A stretch of 64,000 bases of DNA from the human T2T-CHM13v2.0 reference genome, Homo sapiens: NCBI RefSeq assembly GCF_009914755.1, contig NC_060936.1. One strand, given 5' to 3'. A program made the translations under genes and the position numbers. The notes beneath the pieces are model-generated. The model ran no database searches and was not told where the DNA came from. It worked only from the letters and a program-made list of their open reading frames with translations. Positions 30,110-43,714 of the stretch are shown one piece after another. Position 1 is the stretch's first letter, and each line of letters starts with the position of its first letter.

Positions 30110-31569
30110 ACACACGCATTCTTACTCTGGTCAATCTACAACTCATAAATGTGGCTGTGTTCTAAAACATCACTGGTTGATCTATTTTTAGGATCTTGTC
30201 CTAATGTTTACACAGAGGCAGTATTGTATATAATGGTTAGGTCCTCTGAAGATTCAATTTACTGGATCATGCTGTGACTGATTTCAATTCAGTACATCCT
30301 GGTTTCACTAATCCAACAGGGTAAACTTGGCAACACCTGACACTTTGGTGGGCAGAGGAGAAATGCGGAAGCCAAGATGAGACAGAGGGATGCAAGCTGT
30401 AAGCTAGATACTGACAAAGGAAGCCAGACATTCAGTGTCTAACAGTGAAAGAAGTAAATGTGAACTCAGACCTGCTCAAGCTGAAAAATCCAGGCAGAGG
30501 AAGAATATGTACAAAGCATGCAGGAACAACGAAGTATGGCATATTCATCAACCTACCAGTATTTTATACACTGCTAGGGCATAAGGTATGTGGGAGAAAG
30601 GGAGAGGGGGGTGGAAGGAGTCTAGACAGGTGGTTAGGAACAGATCATAGTTCTGTGATCAGCCTTTTCAGAGAGACACTGTGTTACTCAGAGAATTGCA
30701 AGGCTGAGAGGAAACTAAAGCAGAAGAACTGGGCCAACAGATTGGAACACACAGAAAAGCTATGACTCAGTCAGCATGTAACAGCACGGGGCTTTTCTTA
30801 GGAACACCAGGAACCAGTCATTAGCACAGTGAATTCCAATTCTATTCCCACACTAGGCGGGTGAGATCCCAATCTATTCTCTGTCCTTGTCAGAACTGGC
30901 TCCGGAACTGGGAATTGTTGGCACACAGTTACCCAAGCCTAGAACTGCTGACATAGGCCACCATTTATAGCTTGGCCTCCAGGTGAAACCACACTCAAAC
31001 TTCCCACGTAGAACCCCAAGAATGTTTCCTCAGTAAAAAGCACCTGCAAAAGAAATAGAGACTTTCCCTCCCTGGGCCATATTAGGCTATATAAGCAAGA
31101 ACAGGAACCTGAAATTCTGAAGGAATAAAGGGAGGAGGCTACAGAAGAAACTCAGGGATCCCAGCCCTGATAGAGAAAAACTAGGATTTCCATAGTCAGA
31201 GGAAGGAAGAGAGAAAGTCCTAAGGCAAAGAAAAATCTCTAACTGGAGAGCCATTGGCATGAATGAAACTTCCTCAAATTCAAAGTATGCTTGGAGAGAT
31301 TAGCAATATCTGCTCATAGAACAGAGTGAGGGGTCTACAATGCCGAAGTTTAGATGAGTGTTTTGGGAAATATGGGATTAATTATGTTCTTTTGAAATAT
31401 AACTATAGATTCTTCTAGGTCTAGAAGAGAGATTTTTAAAAAGAGATGAAGAAGGAGCATTGTATTTTGAGAGGAGGCGGGCATAGAGAGCATGAGGTAG
31501 CCCTAACAGTGATAGATGCTGCTGTCCCTAGGAAGCAGACGTCACCTCACAGCGACCACTACCGTCATA

Positions 31570-32110
31570 AACAGCAAGATCCTCAAGGTTAGGGGCCAGG
31601 CCTATTTGGCATCCACTGGATGCTTAATATCTAGGAGAGTGCCTGGCACATAGTGAGCATTTTATCAATACTTGTTGAATGAATAACAAGAGCTACTATT
31701 TACTGACTGCTTACTATGTGAGGCACTTTCCTAAGTGCCTTTTTTGAATTCACTATGTTGGTACTATTAGTGTCCTTATTTTGCAGAAAGAGTAAGTTAT
31801 TTGTTCTAGGTCAGAGTTTCTCAATCTCTGCAATATTCACATATTGGACCACATTATTCTTTGTTGTGGGGAGCTTCTGTGTATATCACGTGATGTTTAG
31901 CAGCACCTATGTCCTCCAGGGGAACCTCATCCCTAATCATGGCAATCTAAAATGTCTCCAGACAATGCCAAACATTCCCTGGGGGACAAAACTGCCGGCA
32001 GGTTGAGAACCACTGATTAGGTTTTCCGCTGATAAGTGGTAGAACTAGGACTTGAGCCCAGGTAGTCTACTCCAGAGACTTTGCTCTTAACCTCTACACT
32101 ACAATGGCCA
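31570..32110. mobile_element. L2 3' end and MIR, the MIR interrupted by MER20
   Basis: gtgcctggcacatagtgag...tgttgaatgaat; MIR halves flank the MER20. Confidence 0.65.
31812..32015 (+). mobile_element. MER20
   Basis: TIR-like ends cagagtttctcaa and ttgagaaccactg; aaaatgtctccagacaatgccaaa. Confidence 0.85.
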
Positions 32111-33029
32111 GATGAGCGTATGACAGGTAGCACTTAGTTACTGCTTACTATGAGCCAGGCACAATGCTGCATGCTTTCTATATAATCTCATCTGATTATC
32201 ACCATAGCTGTAGATCTCAATAGCTACCTTTGAAACCAAACACTATAGAAGAATTCAAAGAAAGTTTTTTTTTTTTCTTAAGTTGATTCATATCTGCCAG
32301 ATCCTTTTCCAAATACTTTTGCAGGACTCAGAACTACATTTGGTTTTCTGATTGCTAAGGCCTTGACTTTTCTATCCCATTTTTGGTAAAAGCAATGTAC
32401 CTTACTGAATTAAAAAATAGCTTTAATTTCTACATTAAATCAATTCTGATTTTTATGTGGCATTAAAGACTTACACTGTGCCAGTTTTATTATAATACCC
32501 TAAAATCATCTTAAAGTAGAAGTACAAATCGCCGCAGAATAGTTTCTAAAGATGTGAACTATGGCCTTTGTGAAACCTGCACGGGGGAATCCTTGATTGT
32601 AATGTTGCCAAAGCACTTCATGGAAGAATGGACTCTAATAACAACATCAGCAAACCACAATCCATAGAGTTTACCTTTCTCACTTTTAAAATTTATCTAG
32701 AAACTGAAGTCTAGGGGGTTTAATTTCAAATCCTAGCTGTCTCTTAGTATTTAGAAGATGCATCATGAAAATATCCATTATTAAAGGTAATAAAACCCAA
32801 TGAGAAATATGGTAACAAAATTTGGTACCATGGTGTTCCCCAGTGCACAAAAAGGTGTCTGAAATTATGTCAACAGAGGATGCTTTGAAAGGTAAGAATG
32901 TCAATATGAATTACTTAGGTAATGTACAAATTGTATCAGTCCCTTGCCACACAAATTACCTACATTTGAAATCATCATTTCTTAATAATTGTGTACATTC
33001 TAGAGTCAGTGTATACTACATTTTGATGC

Positions 33030-33200
33030 CAGTTCCATCATTTTCTAGTTTAAACAAGTTATTTAACCTCACTGGGCCCTGGTTACTTTGGTTCCCATCT
33101 GTAAAATGGGAACAATAATAATAGTACACAGGTTCATGGTCAGGACTAATATATATAAACCACCTAGAACAGTGTTTGAAACATAATAAATGCTGGATTA
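33030..33200 (+). mobile_element. MIR
   Basis: caagttatttaacctcactgggcc...catctgtaaaatgggaacaataata. Confidence 0.75.
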
Positions 33201-35046
33201 ACATATCTCTCACACATGTATAGAAGCACACACACATTTTGATAATTTGTATTCAAATTGGTGTATTATTACAATGTGGATAAATAGCCCAGCCCTCAAT
33301 GCCAGATAACCAGACATGTCTACAGCTCTTCTAGCAGAACTAGAATACTGACATTTTTATTATATTATGAGTACAGAAAAGTCATGGGAAGTGTAGAACA
33401 CTTCTTTAAGATAAATGGATATAAACAGTCATTTCAATATGCAGACCATCAGCTTTTAATAGCCACAACTGTAAGTGAGTTCATCAGCTAAGTGAGAATA
33501 CATTGAACTACAACATTTTCTTCTGCTGGTCTAGAAGCCTAGCTTCAGCATCTGAGAAGGAGGAGGACCTGATAACTGCAAGATGGCAATTTACATGGTG
33601 TAATGAGGGGGTTTAATTTTGTGCAACTCCCACACCTCCCCGCGCACGCTTCAATCTGTGCCACACGTGTGAATTTATATTACACCATTCCTGTTCTCAT
33701 ATGATCTTTCTAAAATTCTATCATTCCTGTATACTATCTGTGAAAGACTGTTATGTGCCATTGTACTAATTATGCTTCTACAGAATATTTATGTGACCCC
33801 TGGTAACCTTGGCAACCGCAAAGAAAAATTATAAAGAAAATTAAGGCATTATAGTCATTATCAGGAAAATCAGTCTATATTTATATCTTCATGCTGCTTA
33901 AAATAATGGCGATAAATAAAAACAAGACTATATTGGAAGAAACAAAAATGACCTGTATATACTAATGATATACAATAGAACACATTAAAAAAGAATTATT
34001 TGTAACAATGACCCAGATCAATGGTTTAAACATCCATAAGATTTATCTTCATTAATATTAATTAAGAATATGAGCATTTGTGTATAAAGCCAGGAAAATT
34101 TTGCACTATCCTAAGAATAACAAAAATGCTTTCCAAAAAGGGCTCTCAGTTTTATGCAGAAATACTAATATGAAATGTGATGTCATTATCTAATTCCAAT
34201 ATTTTTTGTCTTTTAGAATTTTTTTTCTAATTTCTGAAACAACTTAGTGAAGTGTTCGCTTGAGGGCTATCATTCCTTCAAGTTTGCCGTCAAGGCGATG
34301 ATCATAAAGTTTTTGTAATGAGTCCACTGAAAAAGACCATAAGAATGCTGTTCTTCACACCCATGATAACACTATTTTCTGCATCTGGGAACACAGCTTT
34401 GGATTGTTTTTCTATCAGTTGGGCTTAGTTACACTGCTTTGCCCAGGCTTTCTCAGTTCTTCCCATGACCAATGTCACAACTTGCCAGACACATGCCTCA
34501 GGTCAGGTTTTCATTCTGATTCTCAGAATTCATTGTTATCTAATTGTTACTACCCTTTCAACCTCATCCCGGGCCACTCTCCCACATGTGTGCTGCATTC
34601 TACCTACACCAAACCACTCGCAAGCCTCCAAATGCATCAAGTTCTTGAACTCCCCATATTTTTGCAGATGCTGTGCTTTTGCCTGCAATGTCCTCCCTTA
34701 TCTCATTGGCCTGTCAAAACCTAAATGCTTTCCAAGTTCCAGCTCAGTCAAACACCTTGCTTGATTGAGGAGGCAGTCCTAAAGACCCCAACAAGTTGAT
34801 AGAGTTGGTGATTTATTCCTCAGAGTGTCAGTATATTGAGAGCTGTCTCTACAAGTTTACTGTATTGCAAGTTATTTACTCGATTTCATGTCAATCTCTC
34901 TCACTATATTTTCTCACTTTCCCTTTCTAAAGGGCCACTATAACCAAAAAGTTAAATTCCACACTGGCTGAGAGGAGGTACAAAATGCATATGTGTTGCT
35001 TTGAAGTTTATTTGTACTTTCCCAAGCAAGGCTCTTTTTTCCTTTC

Positions 35047-35323
<277 letters not shown>

Positions 35324-36629
35324 CTATATATCTATAGCTTAAAACAAATTGTATTATGAGTAAATCAAAAGTGCTACAGGACATGTTGCAATTCATTTTC
35401 TTTCTTTTTTTCCTAAGGTAGAAATAGGTCAAATACATGGAGAAGTGATGTCTTTTAAAATGCTGAAAATGTTTTCCTATGGTAGTTGTTTATGTGTGTA
35501 AATTTGAGGCGATAACAAGTAGTTTTGTAGAACACTGTGGCAGATAGACCCTTATATTTGGTATTTTTAATATTCTGGAAATAGTGTTCTTTGTTGCCTG
35601 GCATAATGACCTACTGAGGAAAACTATAATAATTTTATAAAAATTCAACAGTTTAAAACTCAGTAGACCGATGCACACCTTGTACACTCGGCAATATCTC
35701 AGAAACCTTTTAGTTAAAAGTACAATAGATAGAAAAGAACAGAAATTGGCAGGCTATGTAGTATGGCATTTCAAAATTGCTTCGACCTCCCTGATTATCA
35801 GAAGCAATTGAGCTTCTTTAAGTGTACCCCATGGTCCTTTTCACATGCCTTACTTCTAAATCACATAATCAACTTTCTATAGATTAAATCCTTAAATATC
35901 ACATGCTTTCAAGAATCTAACTAACTGGCAATCCTATTTACATATTTCCTCACAAAGGGACAGCATAGGCTCCCTGTCCCAGACATAATGAATTAATGGC
36001 TATCAGACTTACCTTCCACTATATGAAACTATAAAGCTATGCAAGATATGGAAAGTAACTATTTTTAGGCATTGGGAAACAATCACATAGCTATGATCCT
36101 TGAAAGAACTCTGGCTTTCTACCTAGGGACACTTTTCAAACTAGAAGCCACAGAGAAGCAGAAGAAAAATGTGTAGACGAAGAGCTCTAGGAATCTTGCA
36201 TAGGGTTCCCCAAGAACTCTATAAATTTCTCAAATGTGGCCAATGGCTAAGGTGTATATGTGTAGTGCAAGACTCTACTTGACTGGCAGTAAACATCTCC
36301 TGGGCTATAAGCTGAACAGAGATTCCAGGGCTCACACAGTGCTGGGAGACACTGGATTACGACCATCCAGAGTGGAGCAATCTCTCTGAACACCCAGAGA
36401 ATTCACTCCCAGAAAGATCATGCCTTAGGAGTGGAGTTGCTCTAGCTCCTCTAGCCACCTTAACACATCCTAAACCAAGCCTGAAGAGAATAAGGATAAT
36501 CTTCCAGTAAAATGGCTGCCTGACAGAAAATAAAAAAGAAAAAGAAAACAGTATTCTTCAAAGGAAGATAACAAAATTAAATAGAATGCAAAGGGCTTAC
36601 AATAGCCAAAACAACTTTGAAAGTGATTA

Positions 36630-36797
36630 ATGAAAGGAAAGAAGAAAGCAAGTAAGGACGGAAGGGAGGGAGGGAGGGAGGGAGGGAGGGAGGGAGGGAG
36701 GGAGGAAGGAAGGAAGGAAGGAAGGAAGGAAGGAAGGAAGGAAAGGGAAAGAAGGAAGAGACGAAAGGGAAGGGAAGAAGGAAGTAAGGGAAGTTGA
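36630..36797. repeat. Purine-rich tract containing (GGGA)10 and (GGAA)10
   Basis: (GGGA)10 at 36664-36703, directly followed by (GGAA)10 at 36704-36743. Confidence 0.96.
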
Positions 36798-37256
36798 AGG
36801 CCTTACACTACCTGATTTCAAGATTTATTATAAGTTCATAATAACCAGGATAGTGTGGTATTGGAATAGCTTAGAGAGTCTAGGAACAGAGACATATTTA
36901 GGTGTTCAATAGATTTTGACAAACTACCAAATAAATTCAATGGGGAAAGGACATTGTTTTCAATAAACCATACTGGAACAACTGGATATACATATAGAAA
37001 AAAATCATCCTTGGATTTCATCTCATACCACAAAAACAAAAATCAATTCAAAATGTATTATAAATCTCAATATAAAAGGTAGAATCGAAAAACTTCTAGA
37101 AGAAAGCACAGGAGAATATCTCTGAGAACTTGGTATAGCCAAAGATTTGTTAGAGCACAGAAAGAAGCAGCTACAAAATTAAAAATAGATAAACTGTATT
37201 TCATCAAAATGGAAAACTTCTCTTCATCAAAAGACTTCATTAAGAAAATAAATAAG

Positions 37257-37678
37257 TGTTCTGGGTTAAACTGTGTCCCCCCAAAAATTCATGCCCACTG
37301 GAACTTCAGAATGTGACCTTATTTGCAATTAACAAGATGAGATCATACTGGATTAGGGTGGGCCCTAAATTCAATGACTTTTTTTTTCAAGAAGGCCATA
37401 TGAACAAACAGACACACAGAGACAGACACGCACACAGAGGGAAGAGGCCCACGTGCAGATGGAGGCAAGAATTGAGATGATGCAGTTATAAACCAAGGAG
37501 TGCCAAGAATTACCAGGAGCCAGCAGAAGCTAGGAAGAGGCAAGAAAGGACTCCTCAGAGGAAGCCTTGCAAACACCTTGATTTCATACTTCTGGCCTTG
37601 CGTGAGAGAATAAATTTCTGTTGTTTTACGCTACTAAGTGTGTGGTAATTTGTTACAGCAGCCCTAGGAAACCAAAAC
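37257..37678 (+). mobile_element. MLT1B/C solo LTR (ERVL-MaLR)
   Basis: tgttctgggttaaactgtgtccccccaaaa...ggtaatttgttacagcagccctaggaaac. Confidence 0.88.
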
Positions 37679-38186
37679 TTCTGTTCATCAGAAGACTTCA
37701 CTCAGAAAACAAATAGCCAAGCTACATATGACAGAAAATATTTTATTTGGGGAAGGGGAGAGGTAACTTGTAACTAGAATATGAAAAAAAAACAACCCTC
37801 CTAAAGCTCAACAATTAAAAAAAAAACTAATTAGAAAGTAGAATAAATAATTAAACAGAAACTTCATAAAGGAATCTATTGGAATGGCAAATAAATACAT
37901 GAAAAAGTACTTAACATTATTTATCATCAGAGAAATGCAAATTAAAGCCAGAGGAGATACCACTATACACTGGTTAGAATGACAAAATTAAAGAATCAAT
38001 TGCAAGGGAAAATGTGGAACAACTGGAACTTTGAGAAATTGCTGGCAGGATTATAAAATGGTAAAACTTAGGAAAACAGTGAGTAATTTCTTATTAAACT
38101 AAATGTGCATCTACCATATAAGCCTGCTATTCTACTTCTAGGTATTTACCAAGAAAAATGAAAGCATACGTTCAGAAAAGACTTGT

Positions 38187-38875
38187 TCTGTGCTGCTGTA
38201 ACAAAATATCTGAGACTGAATAATTTATAAAAGACTGAAATTTGTTTTCTCATAGTTCTGGAGTCTGGGAAGTTCAAGATTAAGGTACCAGCAGGTTTGG
38301 CTGTCTGGTGAGAGCTGCTTTCTGCTTCAAAGATGAAGCCTTGGCCTGGCGTGGTGGCTCATACCTTTACTCCCAGCACTTTGGGAGGCCAAGACAGGCA
38401 GATTGCTTATGCCCAGGAGTTTGAGACCAGCCTGGGCAACGTGGTGAAACCCTGGCTCTATGAAAAACACAAAAATTAGCTGGGTGTGGTGGCTCACGCT
38501 TGTGGTCCCAGCTACTTGGGAGGCTGAGGTGAGAGGACCACTTGAGCCTGGGAAGCAGAGGTTGCAATCAGCCATGATTGTGTCACTGCACTCCAGCCTG
38601 GGTGACAGAGTGAGACCCTGTCTCAAAAAAACAAAAAACAAAGACAGCACCTTGTTGCTGCAGCCTCTGGAGGGATGGAATGCTGTGACTTCATGTGGCA
38701 AAAGGTGAAAGGGCAAAAGAGTAGAATGCTGCATGAAGCCTATTTTATAAGAGTCTTAATCCCATTCACAAGGGAGAAACCTTTACAGCCTAAACATCTC
38801 TGAAAGATTCCATCTCTTAATATTACCACATTGGTGGGAACTGAATTTTGGAGAGGACACATTCAAACAATAGCA
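38187..38875 (-). mobile_element. MST (MSTB-like) solo LTR, interrupted by AluJ
   Basis: gctgctgtaacaaaatatctgagactg...gggaagttcaagattaagg...cacattcaaacaatagca. Confidence 0.85.
38343..38640 (+). mobile_element. AluJ
   Basis: gattgcttatgcccaggagtttgagaccagcctgggcaac, gagaccctgtctc. Confidence 0.92.
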
Positions 38876-39964
38876 AATTGGAAACACTTATATGTCTATC
38901 AACAAAAGAAGAGAAAAAACAAGTTGGGATATATTTATACAATGACTTATTACTTAACAATAAAAAGGGACAAACTTCAGATGTATAACAACATGGATGA
39001 ATCTCAAAAACATTACGGAGAACAAAGGAATCTAGATACAAAAAAACTACCTACTCTCTGATGCCATTTAGACAAAGCACTACAACATAGAAAACTAAGC
39101 AATTGTAAAAATCAGCCTCCTCAAAGGTGGGGGATGGGGAAGGAGGAGTGGCAGGGTCACCTGGAAAGATGCACAAACATGCTCGAATTTTTTTTATATG
39201 AGAAATGTTGGAGTACCAGTGAAGAGATATGGCATATACAGGTTTGAGCTATGTGCTTAGTGTGTGTGCATTTCACTGTATATAAATTAGAACTCAAAGA
39301 AATGTTAACAGATGAGCACAAATATAAGTACATAAAATTTTAAAATCCAGTTCAAAATCCTAAATAAATCACTAATTTAGTAGGAAGTAGTCATTTCTGG
39401 AGATCTGATCACAATAAACCTCCATCTTTCTTTTTTCCAGTTAGTGAAGGATAATACCCTGGAAGAGTTTTTCACTGTGCACAATTAATATAAAAGGAAT
39501 CTAATTTTTTAAAATTATAATTAATAATCATTCTATTATCTCAATTCCAGAAAGTTGCCACATACTTCCAGCCTATCCCTTGCTGAAATTTTTTACATAC
39601 CCTTTTAATCCTTAATACTTTCCATTCCAAAATGGAAATGAGAGTCCCAAAATTCCAATATAGTTTCCTCAATCTAGGGTAAGCTTTCCTTCTTTATAAA
39701 CTAGAAAAATTCAAAGTATTTGACCACTTGTAACTTTAGAAATTGTCATTAAGTAATACAGACTCCAAATTTTATTCTAGAAACTCTAGCCTTCCTATTA
39801 TATTGTTATACATGTCAAACAAGACTTTCCCCATCACAAATGAGCATATGTATAAAAAGATAGTGCCCATTAACTGAGTATAGCCTTTGCTAATCAAGTA
39901 TTATAATTCCTGACTTAAAGTTCACCAAGCACATGGAAGGGGACAGGAGTGGTGAACAGCATTT

Positions 39965-40185
39965 AGAACTGTGCTGTTCAACACAGTACAGTATAGTGCA
40001 TAGCGTACAGTGGCTAGATCAATCCACTAGTCACATAAAGGCTAAAGTATCAAAATTAAATAAAATTCTAAAATTCAGTTCTTCATTCACATTAGCCACA
40101 TTTCAAGTGCTCAACAGCCACACAGAGTTAGTGGCTACCATATTGGACTGGATGTTTCCATGACACTTTTCTGTTGGACAGCTTT
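39965..40185. mobile_element. MER3-like hAT element
   Basis: tagccacatttcaagtgctcaacagccac...gtggctaccatattggac. Confidence 0.75.
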
Positions 40186-42387
40186 GATTACAGAGAAGCT
40201 GGGGTGAAAGGCAGTCCTAAGGTAAAAATCCTCATTTTAAATTCAATGGAAACTGAATTTCTGAAGTGAAGGAAATGACCCAAAGCTAACAATTAAGATT
40301 TGGAACTTTGTGAACCAGAGATTTTTCATAAACACATGCACATACACACACACAGTACTAAGGCAAAAACCAGAGGTCAGTCAGTTTTATTATTATATCT
40401 ACTCTCAGGTTCCATGAGAGTTATCCTGAAGAGCCTGAAGCAGCAAAATTCAATTTGCCTCCACTTCCAGGGAAAGTCTTTGAGCCAAGGTGTACATTTT
40501 ATTGGACTGCCTCGTCTCTATTCATGTCAAAGGTTTAATCCTGAAGGCTTTCAGAATTCAAGACTTTAGATTAGAAAATGGCCTTTACTCCACACTATGG
40601 CAGTGCTCATTCTGGACTTATGAAAATGGTAATATAATAAAAATGGACTTGGAACATTTACACCAGGAGCACTAATAACCATATGGACTAATGATTGGAG
40701 TACATCCCTTGAAGTTACTGACTTGGCCATGCACATGGTTTAAGGCCATTTAAGAGACAACTTATAGGCCAGATGTCTGTGAAAATGTTCACATAGCATC
40801 TGTGGTTCATTACGCAAGTGTATATTTAGAGATTATTGACGCCCAAAGACCACAAAAGTTTCTTTGGAGCCATCGTAGTTAATGATGCACTTACAATAAG
40901 GAAAAATTCCAGCATTGCCAGACAGTCTATGGTGTCAGCATCAACACGGATGCTCTGTTTTTATGAAGATTCTTGACTCTGCAGAGGGGAATGACTTCTT
41001 TAGTGCCACTGTGGTCTAATCATGTCAAACCCTGCTAAGAGAGTCCTCCATTTATGGATCACTAGCAATATTTATCAGCATGGCTCCTCTGGAACCATTA
41101 TCATTTGTCATGTCAATAATGTTGCTACTGCACCCTATTGCATTTTAAGTGGCTGCAGTAGTGAAGTAGCTCAGGTTCTAGGTGAAAAACTTCCAATTTT
41201 TCTTCCAAATTCTCCCCTTTCAGACAATATGCAAAAGTATTATGATATTCCATTGTAAGCAACTGAACCCATTAAGATGATCAATTCAAAATAAATCCTA
41301 AAACATATTTTTTCTAGTTTTTTCCCATGCCAATAGCATATGTGGTTTGTTATGCAAGTGTACTATTTGTACTTGCCAATTTATTAAGTTGTCCAAATGA
41401 TCTTTCAATTTCCATTTGAGCTCTCTATGTATGACACATACAAATGTTATTTGGTTTATTTTAAGTTATACAACCTTCCAAAATTAAAAACAACCCATCC
41501 ATATACTGTGGCATTCTGAGATTTCATAAACAATAATGTTCCGAAGCCAGTGTCAGCCACAGGACTTCTGAAAGTGGCTTTTTAAGCTCACTTGTGGGAG
41601 TGTTACAGAGAGCAGCTGATTAATGCCTGGCAAAGTTTTCTCCCATACTATGCAATGCCTGATACCAGAACTCAGAGTATTACATAACATTCTATGCTTC
41701 CAGTAGCTCCAAGGCTGACAGGCCAGGACAGAAAAAGGACCACAGTAATGGGCAAGGGACTCATTATTACCATGGGCAGAGCAGCAACTCACCCCATGCC
41801 AACCTCACCAGTGAAGTAAGGAAGCAAACAGGATTAAAAGTAGAATATTTGAACCCTCATTCTCGTGAAGTAAGGGTATTAGATTATTATCTGTCTTATG
41901 TGTGTGCTTTACTTCTATTAATCCTATCTTCGAAACCAATCTGTACATTCCTTAAGTATTATAATCATATATCCTATTAATATTTATTGTTCAACTCTGC
42001 TGAGACTAATTCAGTAGATTTAACACAGTGGACTTGTTTCTATTTTCTTATGTGTAACAGGGATAATATTTTATAAATTATTAATGTGCCTTTCTAAATG
42101 CATTTACCTTAGCTAGCCTAAGCAGTCTTCTGCCTGAAAGATTTTGGCTAAGTACAGAAGAAATGGGGGAAAAAAAAAAAAAAGCCTTGTACTCCTTCCA
42201 CAATGACACCAAGGGAGCAGAAAAGAGAAGCGAGAAGTTAAAAAAAAAATTTTTTTAACCCACTCCATGCAAGACTGGAAAGGGTTGTGAAGAAAATAAG
42301 CAAAGAGAAGAGATTTTTTTTTCCTCTCTTGGGGTTTTGGCCTGGAGAGAGGGAGCTGTATTAAATAAGTATCAAAGAGAGTAGAGA

Positions 42388-42651
42388 ACTTTGGGAGACT
42401 GCAGCAGGTGGATCACTTGAGGCCGGGAGTTCAAGACCATCCTGGCCAACATGGCAAAACCCCATCTCTACTAAAAACACAAAAATTAGCTGGGTGTGGT
42501 GTTGCATGCCTGTCATCCCAAGTACTCGGGAGGCTGAGGTTCAAGAATCACTTGAACCTGGGAGTCGGAGGTTATAGTGAGCCAAGATCACACCACTGCA
42601 TCCGGTCTGGGCGACAGAGTGAAACTCTGTCTCAAAAAAAAAAAAAAAAAA
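42388..42651 (+). mobile_element. AluS/J, 5'-truncated
   Basis: actttgggag...ggatcacttgaggcc...aactctgtctc followed by poly(A). Confidence 0.92.
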
Positions 42652-43714
42652 GGCAGAAAAAGACTCTTGCCCACTTCCTGTTGACTCAGGAAGATGATGG
42701 CTGTGGGGGCTGCAGTGTATAAACTTAGGGCATAGCCACATCAAAGTAAACACTGAAGTGCAGCAGTGTTAAGGCTAAGGAGAGGGGATGTCCTGAAATT
42801 TACCTGTCCCAATGTTTGGCTGGGGACCTTGCCAGAAAGGACACTGGAGAAGTGGTGAAGTGACTTTATAGAAAGCGATGCAGAGGACCAACCTCCCAGG
42901 CTAGGCTCAAATATGAGTTAGCACCAGACTCCCCAGGGTCTATAGCACCAATGGGAGCCAAGATAAGGCAGTCAGCCAGGAGATGCCACTGGGCTCTGAT
43001 GGAGCTAACAAAAATCCAGTGAACAAGTGACAGCAACCATAGACTTGAGCTACAAGTGCCAGCAGAACACACAGCAACAGGTGGGCAAAGGATATCAACC
43101 CCCAGAGCAACACACAGACAAACACAGGACAAGACCCTCTTCTTCCCCACCCCCATCCCACCTGGACAGAAGCCAGAGAATACTCCTCCCAAAGATCTCA
43201 AGTCTTTGTTTTAGTTATGAGGTCACAAAAACCATACCTCTCTCCTCATGAACTGTCATCACTTTATAAAAGAGAGAGAGAGAGAGAGAAGGGGCAGGCT
43301 ATTTGAGAAACTGGGCTTTTTAATCAATAGACTGATCACTACTTCACATCTAAAAAGAGCTCATGCTTTAAGCAGTGGTCACAGGACCAAAAAAATCACT
43401 TATTAAAAATGTGTTACAATTCTTTAAGGCAAGGGTCACAAGCCAGTAACCCCCAAGTGGCCCACGCATCTACAGAAATGTAAATTTGAATTTGAATAGC
43501 TCTAAGTGACACCTTTCCTTCCCACTCACCCACTGACCTCAGTACCCCTCATAATCTCATATCTGGTTCAGTGAACTCATTTACATTACTTGCCTGGCCC
43601 ATGTAAGCAAAACGATGTTGTGACAGGCTGCTTTAAAATTTTAAGATTATTTAGGTCTGTTTCTTTCTGTTGAATTTACACATTGGGAAACAGGAACTCA
43701 CAAATTTTAAAAGG

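Larger units (their letters stand above)
36575..39320 (+). mobile_element. Old L1 (L1MC/ME-like) ORF2-3' region, interrupted by a microsatellite, MLT1, MST and Alu
   Basis: aatagccaaaacaactttgaaa, cttacactacctgatttcaag, catcagagaaatgcaaattaaa, caacatggatgaatctcaaaaacatta. Confidence 0.8.

Noticed and set aside
28955-30191. Several overlapping 60-137 aa ORFs on both strands of the GC-rich insert
   Set aside because: No recognisable protein. High GC lowers stop frequency, and some ORFs run through the poly(T) and TSD into flanking DNA.
40560-41830. Apparently non-repeat, moderately GC stretch as a candidate enhancer (similarly 2560-2960 and 4180-4700)
   Set aside because: Cannot be supported without conservation or chromatin data; it could be an unrecognised old repeat.
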